A stretch of 62,318 nucleotides of DNA, the filler included, from Circinaria calcarea (lineage: Eukaryota): the NCBI GenBank assembly GCA_051942165.1. It is 28 parts of 28 records of this genome, joined end to end, with 100 filler letters (N's around TTAATTAATTAA, not from the genome) between each part and the next. Parts side by side here need not be neighbours in the genome. Positions count along the whole stretch, not along the records: positions 1 to 2,143 come from JAVECS010003838.1; positions 2,244 to 4,386 come from JAVECS010003839.1; positions 4,487 to 6,629 come from JAVECS010003840.1; positions 6,730 to 8,871 come from JAVECS010003841.1; positions 8,972 to 11,109 come from JAVECS010003842.1; 23 more parts are not named here. One strand, written 5' to 3'. The translations under genes and the position numbers were made by a program. Position 1 is the stretch's first letter; each line of letters opens with the position of its first letter. The notes below the pieces were generated by a model. It ran no database searches. It was given only the letters and a program-made list of their open reading frames with translations, and had not been told where the DNA came from. Positions 1 to 10,702 of the stretch are shown piece by piece.

Positions 1-259
1 TACTATCGCAAGGTCGCTATTATCAGCGTACTGCCGCAGATAGTCATGAGGCAAAGTCCCTGTCGCAGCGTCACTCTCGTTAAGGTCGTTTTCGCAAGGT
101 CAATGGATGCAAGAGGCTGTTGGCACACGAGCATGACCTTGCAATACTGACCCTTTGCGACAGTGATCTTTGGACAGTGATCCTTTGCGATGACCTTTTA
201 CAGTCGTGACCTCGCGACAATGGACTTGAACCACTGATCTTGGATCAGTGATTTTGCAG
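1..259. repeat. Bipolar array of degenerate ~14-16 bp motifs (forward CACTRTCGCAAGGT-like, then inverted TGACCTTTGCGACAG-like)
   Basis: Forward units include TACTATCGCAAGGT (1), CCCTGTCGCAGCGT, CACTCTCGTTAAGGT and CGTTTTCGCAAGGT. From 134 the inverted units are TGACCTTGCAATAC, TGACCCTTTGCGACAG, TGATCTTTGGACAG, TGATCCTTTGCGA, TGACCTCGCGACAA and TGATCTTGGATCAG. May continue beyond the contig start. Confidence 0.8.
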
Positions 260-2143
260 CCATTTCGTGTGCTCCCGGCCAGTAGCTCCTAGTGGTAAGA
301 TATACCTCGGATTTACTCCCTGTAATCGGTATGAAGTGCGGAATTTTCAAATCAGGAAGGGTATAAGATTACATTTCTCTATTCTCTTCTCGGTCTCCTG
401 CCCGTCAAATTTTACCCCACCACTTCCTTTGAATCCCTTCTCTTATTTCGGCTCCTCAATCACCGTTTTCTAACCCACAAAACATGCTGCGCCTTCAAAA
501 TTTCCCTATCACTCAAGTCTTCAACTCGCCCTGACCCCCATCTACCCATTATCACATACCGTAACCTCGTCCCCCTCCTTTTTTCTTTCCCCATCCAAGA
601 TCTCGGCACCCGCGACCTCCCTTTCACCTCAATAACCACCCTTCCGAACGCGCACTTATCCTTGCCCGTCCTAAACTACCGCTACCGAAATACGACCCCG
701 ACGCTGCTGCGACCTACCCTCCCCCTCCTCCACCCCCGTGGCCAAAGTTCTTGCAACTCCATCCACCCTCTTACCACAAGAAGCTCAGGTTGCCCGGTTC
801 AGCGCACGCCGGCCGAGAGAAGCCACCCACCTGCTGGCGTATCACGCGCCAGCGGTCGATTTATTGGACCGTTACGAGTGAGGCGGATGGCGGACAAGGA
901 GAAGAAGAAGACGAAGGACGCTCGGAGCGTGGCATACCGGGTTGCTGCAGAGCGCGAAAGGGCGAAGGGGGAAAAAGGCGAGCGAGCAAAGCACCACGAC
1001 TGCCGCCACGCGTCTTGACAAGTCTAACGCAGTTCCTCAACCCGAACGCCCCTCCGACTCACTCGTCACCACCAAACCCAATATCTCTTCCCCTGCTTTT
1101 GGGAACAAACAGAACCACATCAAGCCTGTGTCGGGCGAAAAACCAACCGTTCCTCGGGAGTCTCCTGATCCTACGTACTGCCTCGAACACCAAATCGAAG
1201 TAGCCTGGCTCACCTTCCAAATCACTGCTTTTTTTTCTCCTTTGCACAGCGTGACACACTTGATCCTATAGGCCCCCAGGGACCAAATCGCACGACACTT
1301 CAGGTGCAAATACATTGATGGACCAAGTATTCTCTAACCCGCGCACTTGGGCAAAGCGGATCTACTCACCTTCCTACCGTTTAGAATTCTAGTTAGAAAA
1401 AGCGCTGGATTTTCATCCCGAAAGCTCCGAGAAACCCAGCGTGTCTTAGAGACGCAGAGCCATTTCCCGCAGGGTCTCTTTGAAAAAACCCTTCATTCAT
1501 TTCGATTTGTACTGCTCCGTAATCGAAATTAGGGGGCAAGCCTACAGACAGAGGTTTCATGAACCATTTCATAAATTAAAGGCATGATAAGCCCCCCATG
1601 ATAAAAATCGAATAGCTTTCCAAACCCCCATCTAAAAATCCCCTTTTTTCCCCCAATGCTTAAAGCACACACAACGTGACCGTAAGCATTTTCATCATCA
1701 ACTACGCTAGACTTAATGAGATAAGGGACAGGAAGGTGGGGGGCGAGGGCGGTACCGGTGAGGTTATTCTTTGATTGGTGGGGGATGTGGATGAGAGAAA
1801 AAGATGGAGGAGGAGGAGGGGGGGGCGTGCTGAAGATGATGGACTATTGATCCCGGTCGCAGAAAGAGGGGGTTTTTAGAAGAAAGAGATCTTGGAAGAA
1901 AAAAAAAACAGTCCCCGGATTTAGGGGTGTTGGTGGTTTGGGAAATAAAACACAAAAATTCGTATTCTTTGCTGTCACGGGGTCCCCGCGCGACTTCCAC
2001 AGAAGGACCGAGGTCCGGGTTGTTGGGGGGACATGTATATTAAAGATAGAATTTGTAGCATAGAGGAAACTAAGCAAGCTTGACCACATAACATTTGCAT
2101 ACACCAAGTTTTTACCAACCCCCCCCTCCCCCTCTTTTTTTCG

Positions 2144-2243
2144 NNNNNNNNNNNNNNNNNNNNNNNNNNNNNNNNNNNNNNNNNNNNTTAATTAATTAAN
2201 NNNNNNNNNNNNNNNNNNNNNNNNNNNNNNNNNNNNNNNNNNN
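2144..2243. other. Artificial contig spacer (44 N + TTAATTAATTAA + 44 N); first of 27 copies
   Basis: The same 100-nt spacer starts at 2144, 4387, 6630, 8872, 11110, 13348, 15584, 17819, 20052, 22284, 24515, 26745, 28974, 31201, 33428, 35655, 37881, 40106, 42330, 44554, 46777, 49000, 51222, 53443, 55663, 57882 and 60101. The palindromic 12-mer places TAA stops in all six frames. Contig lengths never increase (2143 to 2118). Confidence 0.99.
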
Positions 2244-2740
2244 TTCATGACAAGGAGAGGAGCGGTAAGGTATTCTTTCCCACCGCCTTTGGGATGTTTC
2301 ATTGCTTTTCGGATATCTTTACATAGGGAGTATTTTTCAATGCGGAAATGAAGAGTAGGCCCACGAGGGGTGAGGGCGAGACGCAAGTTGGTATTACCAG
2401 TTGCCGACCGGGAGAAAAGAAGGAGGTGGGAGACGCCTAGAGGCCCTGCCATGGTGGTATAATCTCGCAGACGGTTGGATCTTCGTTCCTAGACTGTAAT
2501 GAGCTATGTTGTAGGTTTTTTGAACAAGTAACTTACCTTCAATCTGCCAGCAGTACCTGGCTCCATCATGCTTCGAACATCATTCACCAATTGACTGACA
2601 CTGGGGCCGACTTCTCCAGCGCCGATGCGGATGACCATGCTCTTAGGAGTTCTGCTGGCTGTAGTGTTCGCGGTGACACCCTGAGTAGGGCCATTCCGTG
2701 CACCAGCATGAGTACGCTTCTTTATGCGTTTTCGTGCCAT
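2244..2740 (-). CDS. SSF1: Brix-domain ribosome biogenesis protein Ssf1/PPAN, 5' part (truncated)
   Basis: MARKRIKKRTH...PKSMVIRIGAGEVGPSVSQLVNDVRSMMEPGTAGRLK, intron 2489-2536 (GTAAGT..TAG), then ERRSNRLRDYTTMAGPLGVSHLLLFSRS...RGPTLHFRIEKYSLCKDI, the typical Ssf1 N-terminus. Confidence 0.93.
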
Positions 2741-2944
2741 CTCAATTGTCTATAAAGTTGGCAAGCTTGTGATTGGGCACACTTTGCACCTTTGTAGGCT
2801 ATCAAAATAATTCTGTAGTTTGCGCAGACCAATCGGATGTTCGGCAGGATCTCGCCGGTTATCGATTGTACTAGCGTCTATATTTACTGACTTGTGATTC
2901 TAAAAAGATCGAAATGCTTTTAAATAAACACTACGGCCCATAAC

Positions 2945-4386
2945 ATGTCGTCGTTAAAGAGGAGGAAGCTAAATGGTTCGGGTACCCATACAGAGAAAAC
3001 CAAAGAAACACCGGGAGAAGTTGAAGCAACCCAAGCATCTAACGGAAGTCCATCTCCTGCAGATGAAGCTCAAGATGCTAGCCAGATCTCCCCACCTACA
3101 CTGGAAGCTACAGTACTCAAATCCTTTAAGGAGCTTGGAGTGATCGACTCCTTATGCGATGCGTGCACAGCATTGGGCTATAAAGCTCCCACGCCAATCC
3201 AAACAGAAGCAATCCCTTTTGCATTGGCAGGTCGTGACTTGATAGGGCTGGCGGAAACAGGGAGTGGGAAGACAGCGGCTTTTGCCCTACCTATCCTACA
3301 AGGTACGCTAAGACTGTTATTACGGCAAGGTGGAAAGTAGCTTATGAATATTGTCAAGCTCTCATGGACAAACCCCAAGCGTTATTTGGCCTTGTGCTTG
3401 CACCAACAAGAGAACTCGCATACCAGATCTCGCAAGCCTTCGAGGCCTTAGGATCACTCATATCAGTCCGCTGCGCAGTCATTGTTGGGGGAATGGACAT
3501 GGTCTCTCAGGCTATCGCCTTGGGCAAAAAACCTCACATTGTGGTTGCGACCCCTGGAAGGCTTCTGGACCACCTTGAAAATACCAAGGGCCTTTCACTC
3601 CGCGGCCTGAAGTACCTTGTCATGGACGAAGCTGACCGCTTACTCGATCTTGACTTTGGCCCAATCCTCGACAAAATCTTCAAAGTGCTCCCACGCGAAC
3701 GGCACACCTACCTCTTCTCCGCAACTATGACCTCAAAAGTCGAATCCCTCCAGCGTGCTTCCCTCTCCAACCCCCTCCGCGTATCCATCTCCACGAACAA
3801 ATACCAGACTGTTGCCAACCTGATCCAAAACTACATGTTCTTCCCCCACAAAGACAAAGACCTCTACCTCGTCCACCTCCTCAACGAGTTCGCCGGCCAA
3901 TCCGCCATCGTCTTCACCCGCACCGTGAACGAAACCCAACGGATTGCTATCCTCCTCCGCTCCCTCGGCCTCGGTGCCATTCCCTTGCACGGCCAACTCT
4001 CCCAGTCCTCCCGTCTCGGCGCTCTCAGCAAATTTCGCTCCGGCAGCCGCAATATCCTCGTCGCCACTGACGTCGCCGCCCGTGGTCTCGACATCCCCTC
4101 CGTCGATATCGTTATCAACCTCGACCTCCCTCCCGACAGCAAGACCTACATCCACCGTGTCGGGCGCACAGCCCGCGCCGGCAAATCTGGCCACGCGGTG
4201 AGCATGGTCACACAGTACGACGTGGAGATTTGGCAGCGGATCGAGGCGGCGCTGGGGAAGCAGTTGGAGGAGTATCCGATCGAGAAGGAGGAGGTGGCGA
4301 TGTGGGGGGAGCGGGTCAGCGAGGCGCAGAGGATGGCGATCCGCGAGATGAAGGATCTGCATGAGAAGAGGGGGACCAAGGGGGCT
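2945..4386 (+). CDS. RRP3: DEAD-box rRNA helicase Rrp3/DDX47 (3' end truncated)
   Basis: Q motif (GYKAPTPIQ), [25 protein letters not shown] and [10 protein letters not shown]. Intron 3303-3358 joins the two ORF-track pieces in frame. Rrp3-like C-terminal [15 protein letters not shown]. Confidence 0.95.
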
Positions 4387-5700
4387 NNNNNNNNNNNNNN
4401 NNNNNNNNNNNNNNNNNNNNNNNNNNNNNNTTAATTAATTAANNNNNNNNNNNNNNNNNNNNNNNNNNNNNNNNNNNNNNNNNNNNGACTTAAAACCGGC
4501 TCCTTTGTATTAGGTAGGTATCACAGCAGTTACAGATGAGATACCTATCAGGTTGGACTTGGTATCGAAGGTCTACCAACAACACGATCCTGGATTTCAT
4601 CCATTCCGCGTGCGGGCTCCCCAGCCACACAACATGCCCCAAAGAAGTTGGGTTGGAGAACCACAACAGTCTTTGGTATTTATTAGAACTCCAGATGTTG
4701 CTCCCTATCCAATAAGGCACATCTCAGTCTGCATACCTCTCCTTAAGGTCTTCGCGCGAACATGGAGTCCATCCTAAGGTTACTTTTTCGCATCCGGAGA
4801 CCATTCATCCATCTCTCAAGAGCACACACCACTGTCGATTACTACGCCGGCCGTAGGGAATCGATATTCGTGTTCCCTCCCAGCGTCCACAGGACTACTC
4901 TGACAGACTCGCATCACGTGTCCCAAGTCGGAGCTCTTTGGTCTCACTATGACTGCCTTGTTAATTAGTGCTGGAAATCGAAAAGCGATGACCCATCTCG
5001 CAACAATCTAGCTTCATTGTCTGGAGAGTCGTCTCTGGTAGGTAGTCCTGAGCAGCCATTTGCTCAAACTAAGGTTTGCTGACATTCTGCTTTCCTGCAG
5101 GGCTTGTTGAGAACTTTCGGATTTGTAACTAATGTTATGACTTGTCAACTAGGGAAAGTGGCGCCCAGCAATGTTCCCGCATCAGGAAGCTTACCACAGC
5201 AGAAGATAAAGAGATCAACTTTTCACCTACTATACGAGTCGTCATATGAGTAGCTTCCAGCGTTCTGAAATACAAAGCTTTTATCTAGTATAGAGGGGAG
5301 CTGCTTGCGGACCGCTTCTATGTTGCGTTATGCAAATAATATACGCATCTCTCTTTGTTGTTCTTCCAGCTGCAGGTCTTTGCTTTGGTATTTTCTTTAT
5401 AGATTGATTGTCTGGATTAGGAATTGAACCCACTTTCGAATGGGCCATGATCAAAGCTCTTGCCGCAAACGGAGTGAATCGTTGTTTGCGTTATTTGAGC
5501 GGCGATGAAGCCTTTCTTTGGCTTATCAAATAGCTAGACACCGGAGTATACAATCAACACCCCGAATGGTGACTATCCTTACTCATCAGTGAATAGTTTA
5601 GCACCTTTTTCTACCGGATGTTTCAACATGGGTTGGGTGGATTTAGTGTGAGTTTTGCTCCCCTGCGTATTTTGTATCCTTCGCTCACAAAGTCAGAGAT

Positions 5701-6629
5701 ATGGAGCCCCCAATCGGGGAGTCTGTAGGCCTTGTCAGCCCTGGCAAATGGAGCATAGGTACCTTCATGTCGTGTGAACAGCTTCAAGGCCAACCGCCAC
5801 CGGAAGACGCAGTGGCTCGTTGGAACGATGGGGATTCTACGTTCTGCCTCCGACCAAAGTTGCCCACTACTTTCCCTAGTGGTGATTCAGCGGTAGGCAA
5901 GTTTTATGACCGCGCCACCTGTCATGTAGCTTGGAATCTCAGTCCGGATATTATCTGTAAGTGCACCAGCTGGACCGAAGGCATGGAAGTCGAAGGAACT
6001 ACAATCGAATTCGTGGTAAAAAATGCCCCGTCTGTGCCTGTTCCTGAGGTTATTTATTACTGGATTGACCCGACCTGGGACCGGTCCTTTACTATCATGA
6101 GACGAGTTCAAGGCGTGCGCTTCAACGAGGCCTGGTTCTGTATTTCTGAAGATCAACGCAAGGATGTTGCGGCCCAGCTCGCGAAACATGCTGTTACGCT
6201 GTCTAAGCTCACGTCAAGTCGGTGCGAGAAACCTAGTGGTGCTGGCCTCACTTATGCGGGCGTCTTGCTTGGTGGGCTCCCTCGGGAAGAGGGCGTGATA
6301 TGGAGGGTTCCCCTCTATTCTCCAGTCACTGCCGAGGAGCTAACGGCGGTTATGGTGAAGCTCTATGGCGTGCCGCCTCCCGATATGGGAAAGTGCTTTG
6401 AATTCACTCACACCGATCTGAACCCTACGAACTTTTTTGTGCATATGCCTACGGAGGAGAACGGATATGTGCAGTTGAGTGCTATTATCGACTGGGAATC
6501 TGCCGGCTTCTATCCGCACTGGTATCAGACTACCAATGCTCGTACCAGCGCCTTTTTTGGGCTGGATACTGAATTCATCTCCCCCGCACCCCCAGATCAA
6601 TTTGACTGGTTGTGGATGTTATCCGATGC
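5701..6629 (+). CDS. Phosphotransferase (APH/choline-kinase-like) family protein, 3' truncated
   Basis: E..TIEFV..NAPSVPVPEVIY, IMRRVQG, Brenner-like motif HTDLNPTNF, and IIDWESAGFYP.W, typical of fungal APH-family kinases. Confidence 0.85.
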
Positions 6630-6729
6630 NNNNNNNNNNNNNNNNNNNNNNNNNNNNNNNNNNNNNNNNNNNNTTAATTAATTAANNNNNNNNNNNNNNN
6701 NNNNNNNNNNNNNNNNNNNNNNNNNNNNN

Positions 6730-7786
6730 GTCGCCTGGAACCGTTTTGCGTGACGTAAGATCTCCATGGTCATTTGAACTCCATCACTCCGTAGTTGCGC
6801 CTCGATACCTTCCAACGTTGATTCCATGGCGAGCCAAAAATTGATCTCCTGACTTGCGGAGCCACTGTCTGGATCCCGAGATAGCTTTGTAATTGCCTGA
6901 ATCGACTTGATCCAACCGTTGACGACATTTTGAATGTCGTTGAGGAGTTTGCTATCCGAAAGTATAGCTGAAGGTATTAATTCAATTGTAGGCTTGACGT
7001 CTTTCGCACTAGCCAGATTTATGGCCTCTTGGACGATGTCTGGGAGCGGCAAATGTAGCTCCGGTATCTCTGTATTTTGTTGTAGATGCAGCAAGCTTAA
7101 TTCCAGATCGGTGATCTTTCTTTTCGTGCTTGGGACGCCTGCCTTGCTGTCTGCATCAAATCGGGTTTTGCCACCGCCCAACGAATCCTGACCTCTCGTG
7201 TATGCGTCAAAATAAGGAGCAAGCGCTAGGTGTACAATCGAATGTAGAACTTCGAAAGGCGAGACATTAGTACCCTGCTTTGAATCTGCATTGAGTGTTG
7301 CTAAGCCAGGAAGGTTTATAACTTGGAGTTGAGATGTGATCGGTATTCTTGTGTCAATAGGTTGGGGACGCTTGATTACTGCAACAGACGCAGCTGTGGC
7401 GGAAGAGAAGGATATATCAGAAGACAGAGTGTAGCAGTAGCAGTCGGAAGGCTCTGTAGACAATATTAGCTTTCCATTGCGAGAACATCTCTCCAAAGCT
7501 TACCATATGAATTTCGAGTCCCGTTGCTTGATTCTGTACCAATGATATCTTTTTGAACGTAGAGAACCACTTGCGTGTCTGATGCAAAGCGGGCACATCG
7601 TTGGACTGTGTCATGCTTCTTGGAAGCCGATAAAAGGCTTCCTTCTCTCTCTAGATCATTGTTTGAAGCCCCCAAAGTGATTTTCAGAAGTTCCACCAGG
7701 TATTCCACAATCAGATCAGGATCGATGGTGGTAGTCGGATTTGCTGATAGGGCCTGCCCGTTAACCCCTGGAGAAACCACCTCCAT
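6730..7786 (-). CDS. DYN1: Cytoplasmic dynein heavy chain, N-terminal tail (truncated)
   Basis: [72 protein letters not shown]; intron 7454-7503; matches the nudA/ro-1 N-terminus. Confidence 0.96.
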
Positions 7787-8492
7787 TTTCGACCGGGCAT
7801 CGACTTATATGAGTATGCTCATTAGATGTAATCCACTGCAACGAGCGTCCTCAGTATGATTACAACCGATCGTGTGTGGTAGTAGGTGCCGTTATCATCC
7901 TGATATTCAATATCAATTGTCAAGGGTTTACTGCGTACATACAACCCGCGATTTACGGAGTGCAACGCGCGCGAACTCGAGAATTCGCCGACAAGGGGAT
8001 GGGGAAACGCTAACAGGGGCGCCCTACGATCTAAACCATTTCCAGACGTTTTGAGTGTTGTTTCATCAGCTTTCATTCGGTTAAGCTTTACTAGTTCATA
8101 ACCTTTTTCACAAGCAAATTGACAGCTACAGTAAGGCCATAGGCTTCAACCTGTATAATAATTACCTATCTGTGACTGGAGTCACCTTCCATTACATTGA
8201 CACTACCGTACAAAGTAGGTCGATAGTAGGTGTGTTTTCAAACTAGAGATTGCACCCATCTATTCTAGGTTCCAGTATACATCATTCGAACCTGAAAATA
8301 GCCGCACAACCAGATCCGTCTCTTCACCCAAACGGGTGAACATATGTCTATACCGTACCTGGACTATGTGCAAATCTCCCGTTGATTCTTCGAGGATAAG
8401 TTAGCATGGAATAAATAGACCTATAAATTCCCAATAAGCCCAAAGCCATATATTTATTCAACGTACTATGATCCTTTACGATCACCCTTACT

Positions 8493-8871
8493 TCATGATA
8501 TGAATGTCGCTTCCGAGAAGAAAACACCTTCCTCGACTTTCTCAACTCCTCCAATGTCGATCTTGAGTTTGAGTCTCGGCTGAGGAGAGTACTGGTTCAC
8601 TTGGTTAGCATGGTAAAGATATACAACACGGAGTTCGAGTTACCTGGTAGATATAGGGCTTGGTCCCTGCGACGTTACCCACTATATTCTTAACAAATTT
8701 CGGCACCTCGGCCATTACATCGACTCTGTCAAGTCTTGTTCCCAAACTTCCCGATAGCTCTGCAGTGACAAGATCTCCATTCTTGCTCTTGCCGCTCCAC
8801 AAGAATCTGACCGCACTTGGCTCTGGCCAGTCATTTTCTGGATCGCCTTTGATATCGGTGTGTATTGCAGA
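8493..8871 (-). CDS. SVF1: Survival factor 1, C-terminal part
   Basis: [15 protein letters not shown]...[30 protein letters not shown], intron 8592-8643, then [11 protein letters not shown]...FFSEATFIS*. Confidence 0.9.
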
Positions 8872-9205
8872 NNNNNNNNNNNNNNNNNNNNNNNNNNNNN
8901 NNNNNNNNNNNNNNNTTAATTAATTAANNNNNNNNNNNNNNNNNNNNNNNNNNNNNNNNNNNNNNNNNNNNCGCTAATTGCTTTTATTATTCTATAATAA
9001 TTAATTATTGAAAATTAAGGGGGGGGGGGGCGTGCTACGGCATTTAACCGGATGCGGTATAATTTAGGGATATCTGGTAATGCCGCTATGCTTAACCACG
9101 CTGCGCCCCTCCAGCTGATTATAATATTATAGATAATTGAGCATTAAGTAAGCTCTGTTATTTTGGTTTTCATTGCCGTTTAATGTACTCTACCGTACTA
9201 AAAGT

Positions 9206-9318
9206 TTAGTGCAGAGAAATTTCTCTGCCGTGCCGCCCGTGCATTAGCGCAGAGTAATTACTCTGTTGGGTTTCGTGTACACGGAATGCCGGCCTGTTAG
9301 TGCAGAGAAATTTCTCTC
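9206..9318. repeat. Three spaced palindromic motifs (TTAGYGCAGAGWAATTWCTCT), possible transposon terminus
   Basis: Perfect palindromes GCAGAGAAATTTCTCTGC (9211-9228), CAGAGTAATTACTCTG (9250-9265) and AGAGAAATTTCTCT (9304-9317), each preceded by TTAG(T/C). Confidence 0.75.
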
Positions 9319-10147
9319 CACTTTCCGTCCGAAATGGCTTGTATTAGCCTGGGCGACACCAAGGCGCAGGTCCGATTGAAGCAAGGGCTGCAGAGTTCTG
9401 AGAAGGATGAGGACTTTACGAAATTTGAACTATGCCCGCGTCCAATCCCTGTCGTTCTTATGGGAATTGGCGAACATCTCAATAGCAGAAATGCGAAAAC
9501 GTCTACAAGTTCCCCCCCCCGGCCCCTCCTCCGTCAACCAAACAATAAACTTCCATTCCACCCACCTTACCCCCACCAGTAGAGCAGACAGTGTGATAAT
9601 AATACCAAGTCCTGGCGTAACATGATGTGTGAGTAGCGCTGTTGCATGCATGAGAGGGGTTGACCAAAGCTCTCGACTTTCACATCTGCTTCTGAACCCG
9701 TCTGTGCTCACAAGTGGTGACACTATGTAGAACAGTCTCAGGCGCATCAATACCTGCACCAATACCTTACTCCAGGTTCACGCTCGCAAGAGTTAGGTAC
9801 TTTTTATCGTCTCTAAGCATTTCCTCCACCACTGTGCGTTCAAGGCAGTCCAGCTCGGTTCTTTGAGCAGTGATATCTTTGGCTGCTCTCTTAACTCTCA
9901 CCGCTAACAACCCTTTATTAGGTCCCAACTCATCAAAGACTAGCTGTGCTTCCTGTTGTAAGCATGAAAGTGTTCGGGGTATCGTTGCCGCTAATTTTAG
10001 CCATAGTCTCCGCTTCGACCACGGACTGCTGAACCCTATCTGCACTCACACGAATCCTATGGACAGCAGTGGAGGTCTAGCAGAAGACCTTTAGCCATCC
10101 ACAAGCAGTAGGTACCTCGAAGGATCGAAACCGTACAAGAGTATCGA

Positions 10148-10702
10148 TCAAGACGTATACCCCATTGCTTTGCGCCACGACGGCAAAATCCCCTTTTCCG
10201 CCATTTTGGCTCCAAATTCCTCGACAGAGTCTATCTCTACTAGCCCGGAACGTTCTTCACTATCCTTCGTCGTTGGAGCTGGCTCCTCGCGTAGGGCGGG
10301 ACGCGCGAGGAGCTGGTAATCTTTGTAGCGGAGGTCCTGGGTTGGGAGATTAGTCAAAGCTCTCGATGTAATTATCCTCATCAGGCCATTCTATAGCAAT
10401 AAGCATTAACCCGCATCTATCCCCCTTAAATACATGAATACCACTGAGCCCCTCAACAAAGTAGCACGGAGAATCCTTACATGCACAACTCCCACCCAGC
10501 CCTCCACGCCCTCTCTCCCCTGTCCCTCAACATGCATTATCCCCGGCACTCCGCCAGAACGTAGAATGGCGGAAACGCCGTGCTATGCGGCGGCGGCTTT
10601 TAGAGTCGATACTTTTTTGCGGGATGTGATGTGGTGAGTTTTAATCAGGGCTTGGTAGGTTGGAGTGGAAGCAGAACGGGAGGAGATGGAGGGACGGGGC
10701 AT
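10148..10702 (-). pseudogene. Small conserved fungal protein (DUF1115/RWDD2-C-like) with an in-frame TAG
   Basis: MPRPS..YQALIKTHHITSRKKVSTLKAAAA*HGVSAILRSGGVPGIMHVEG..GVEGWVGVVH, intron 10337-10480, then DLRYKDYQLLARP..EIDSVEEFGAKMAEKGILPSWRKAMGYTS*. The TAG at 10583-10585 interrupts an otherwise open spliced frame. Missed by the ORF track; family name is from memory. Confidence 0.7.

Noticed and set aside
3733..4362. 209-aa antisense ORF in RRP3, and similar shadow ORFs over other genes
   Set aside because: By-products of codon bias in real genes on the opposite strand
5410..5510. tRNA/SINE-like B box GGTTCAATTCC on the minus strand
   Set aside because: Poor T-stem and no matching acceptor, D or anticodon arms
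9767..10045. Helical coding-like ORF (AAKDITAQRTELDCLERTVVEEML)
   Set aside because: No ATG or clear acceptor and no family recognised; possibly a gene relic
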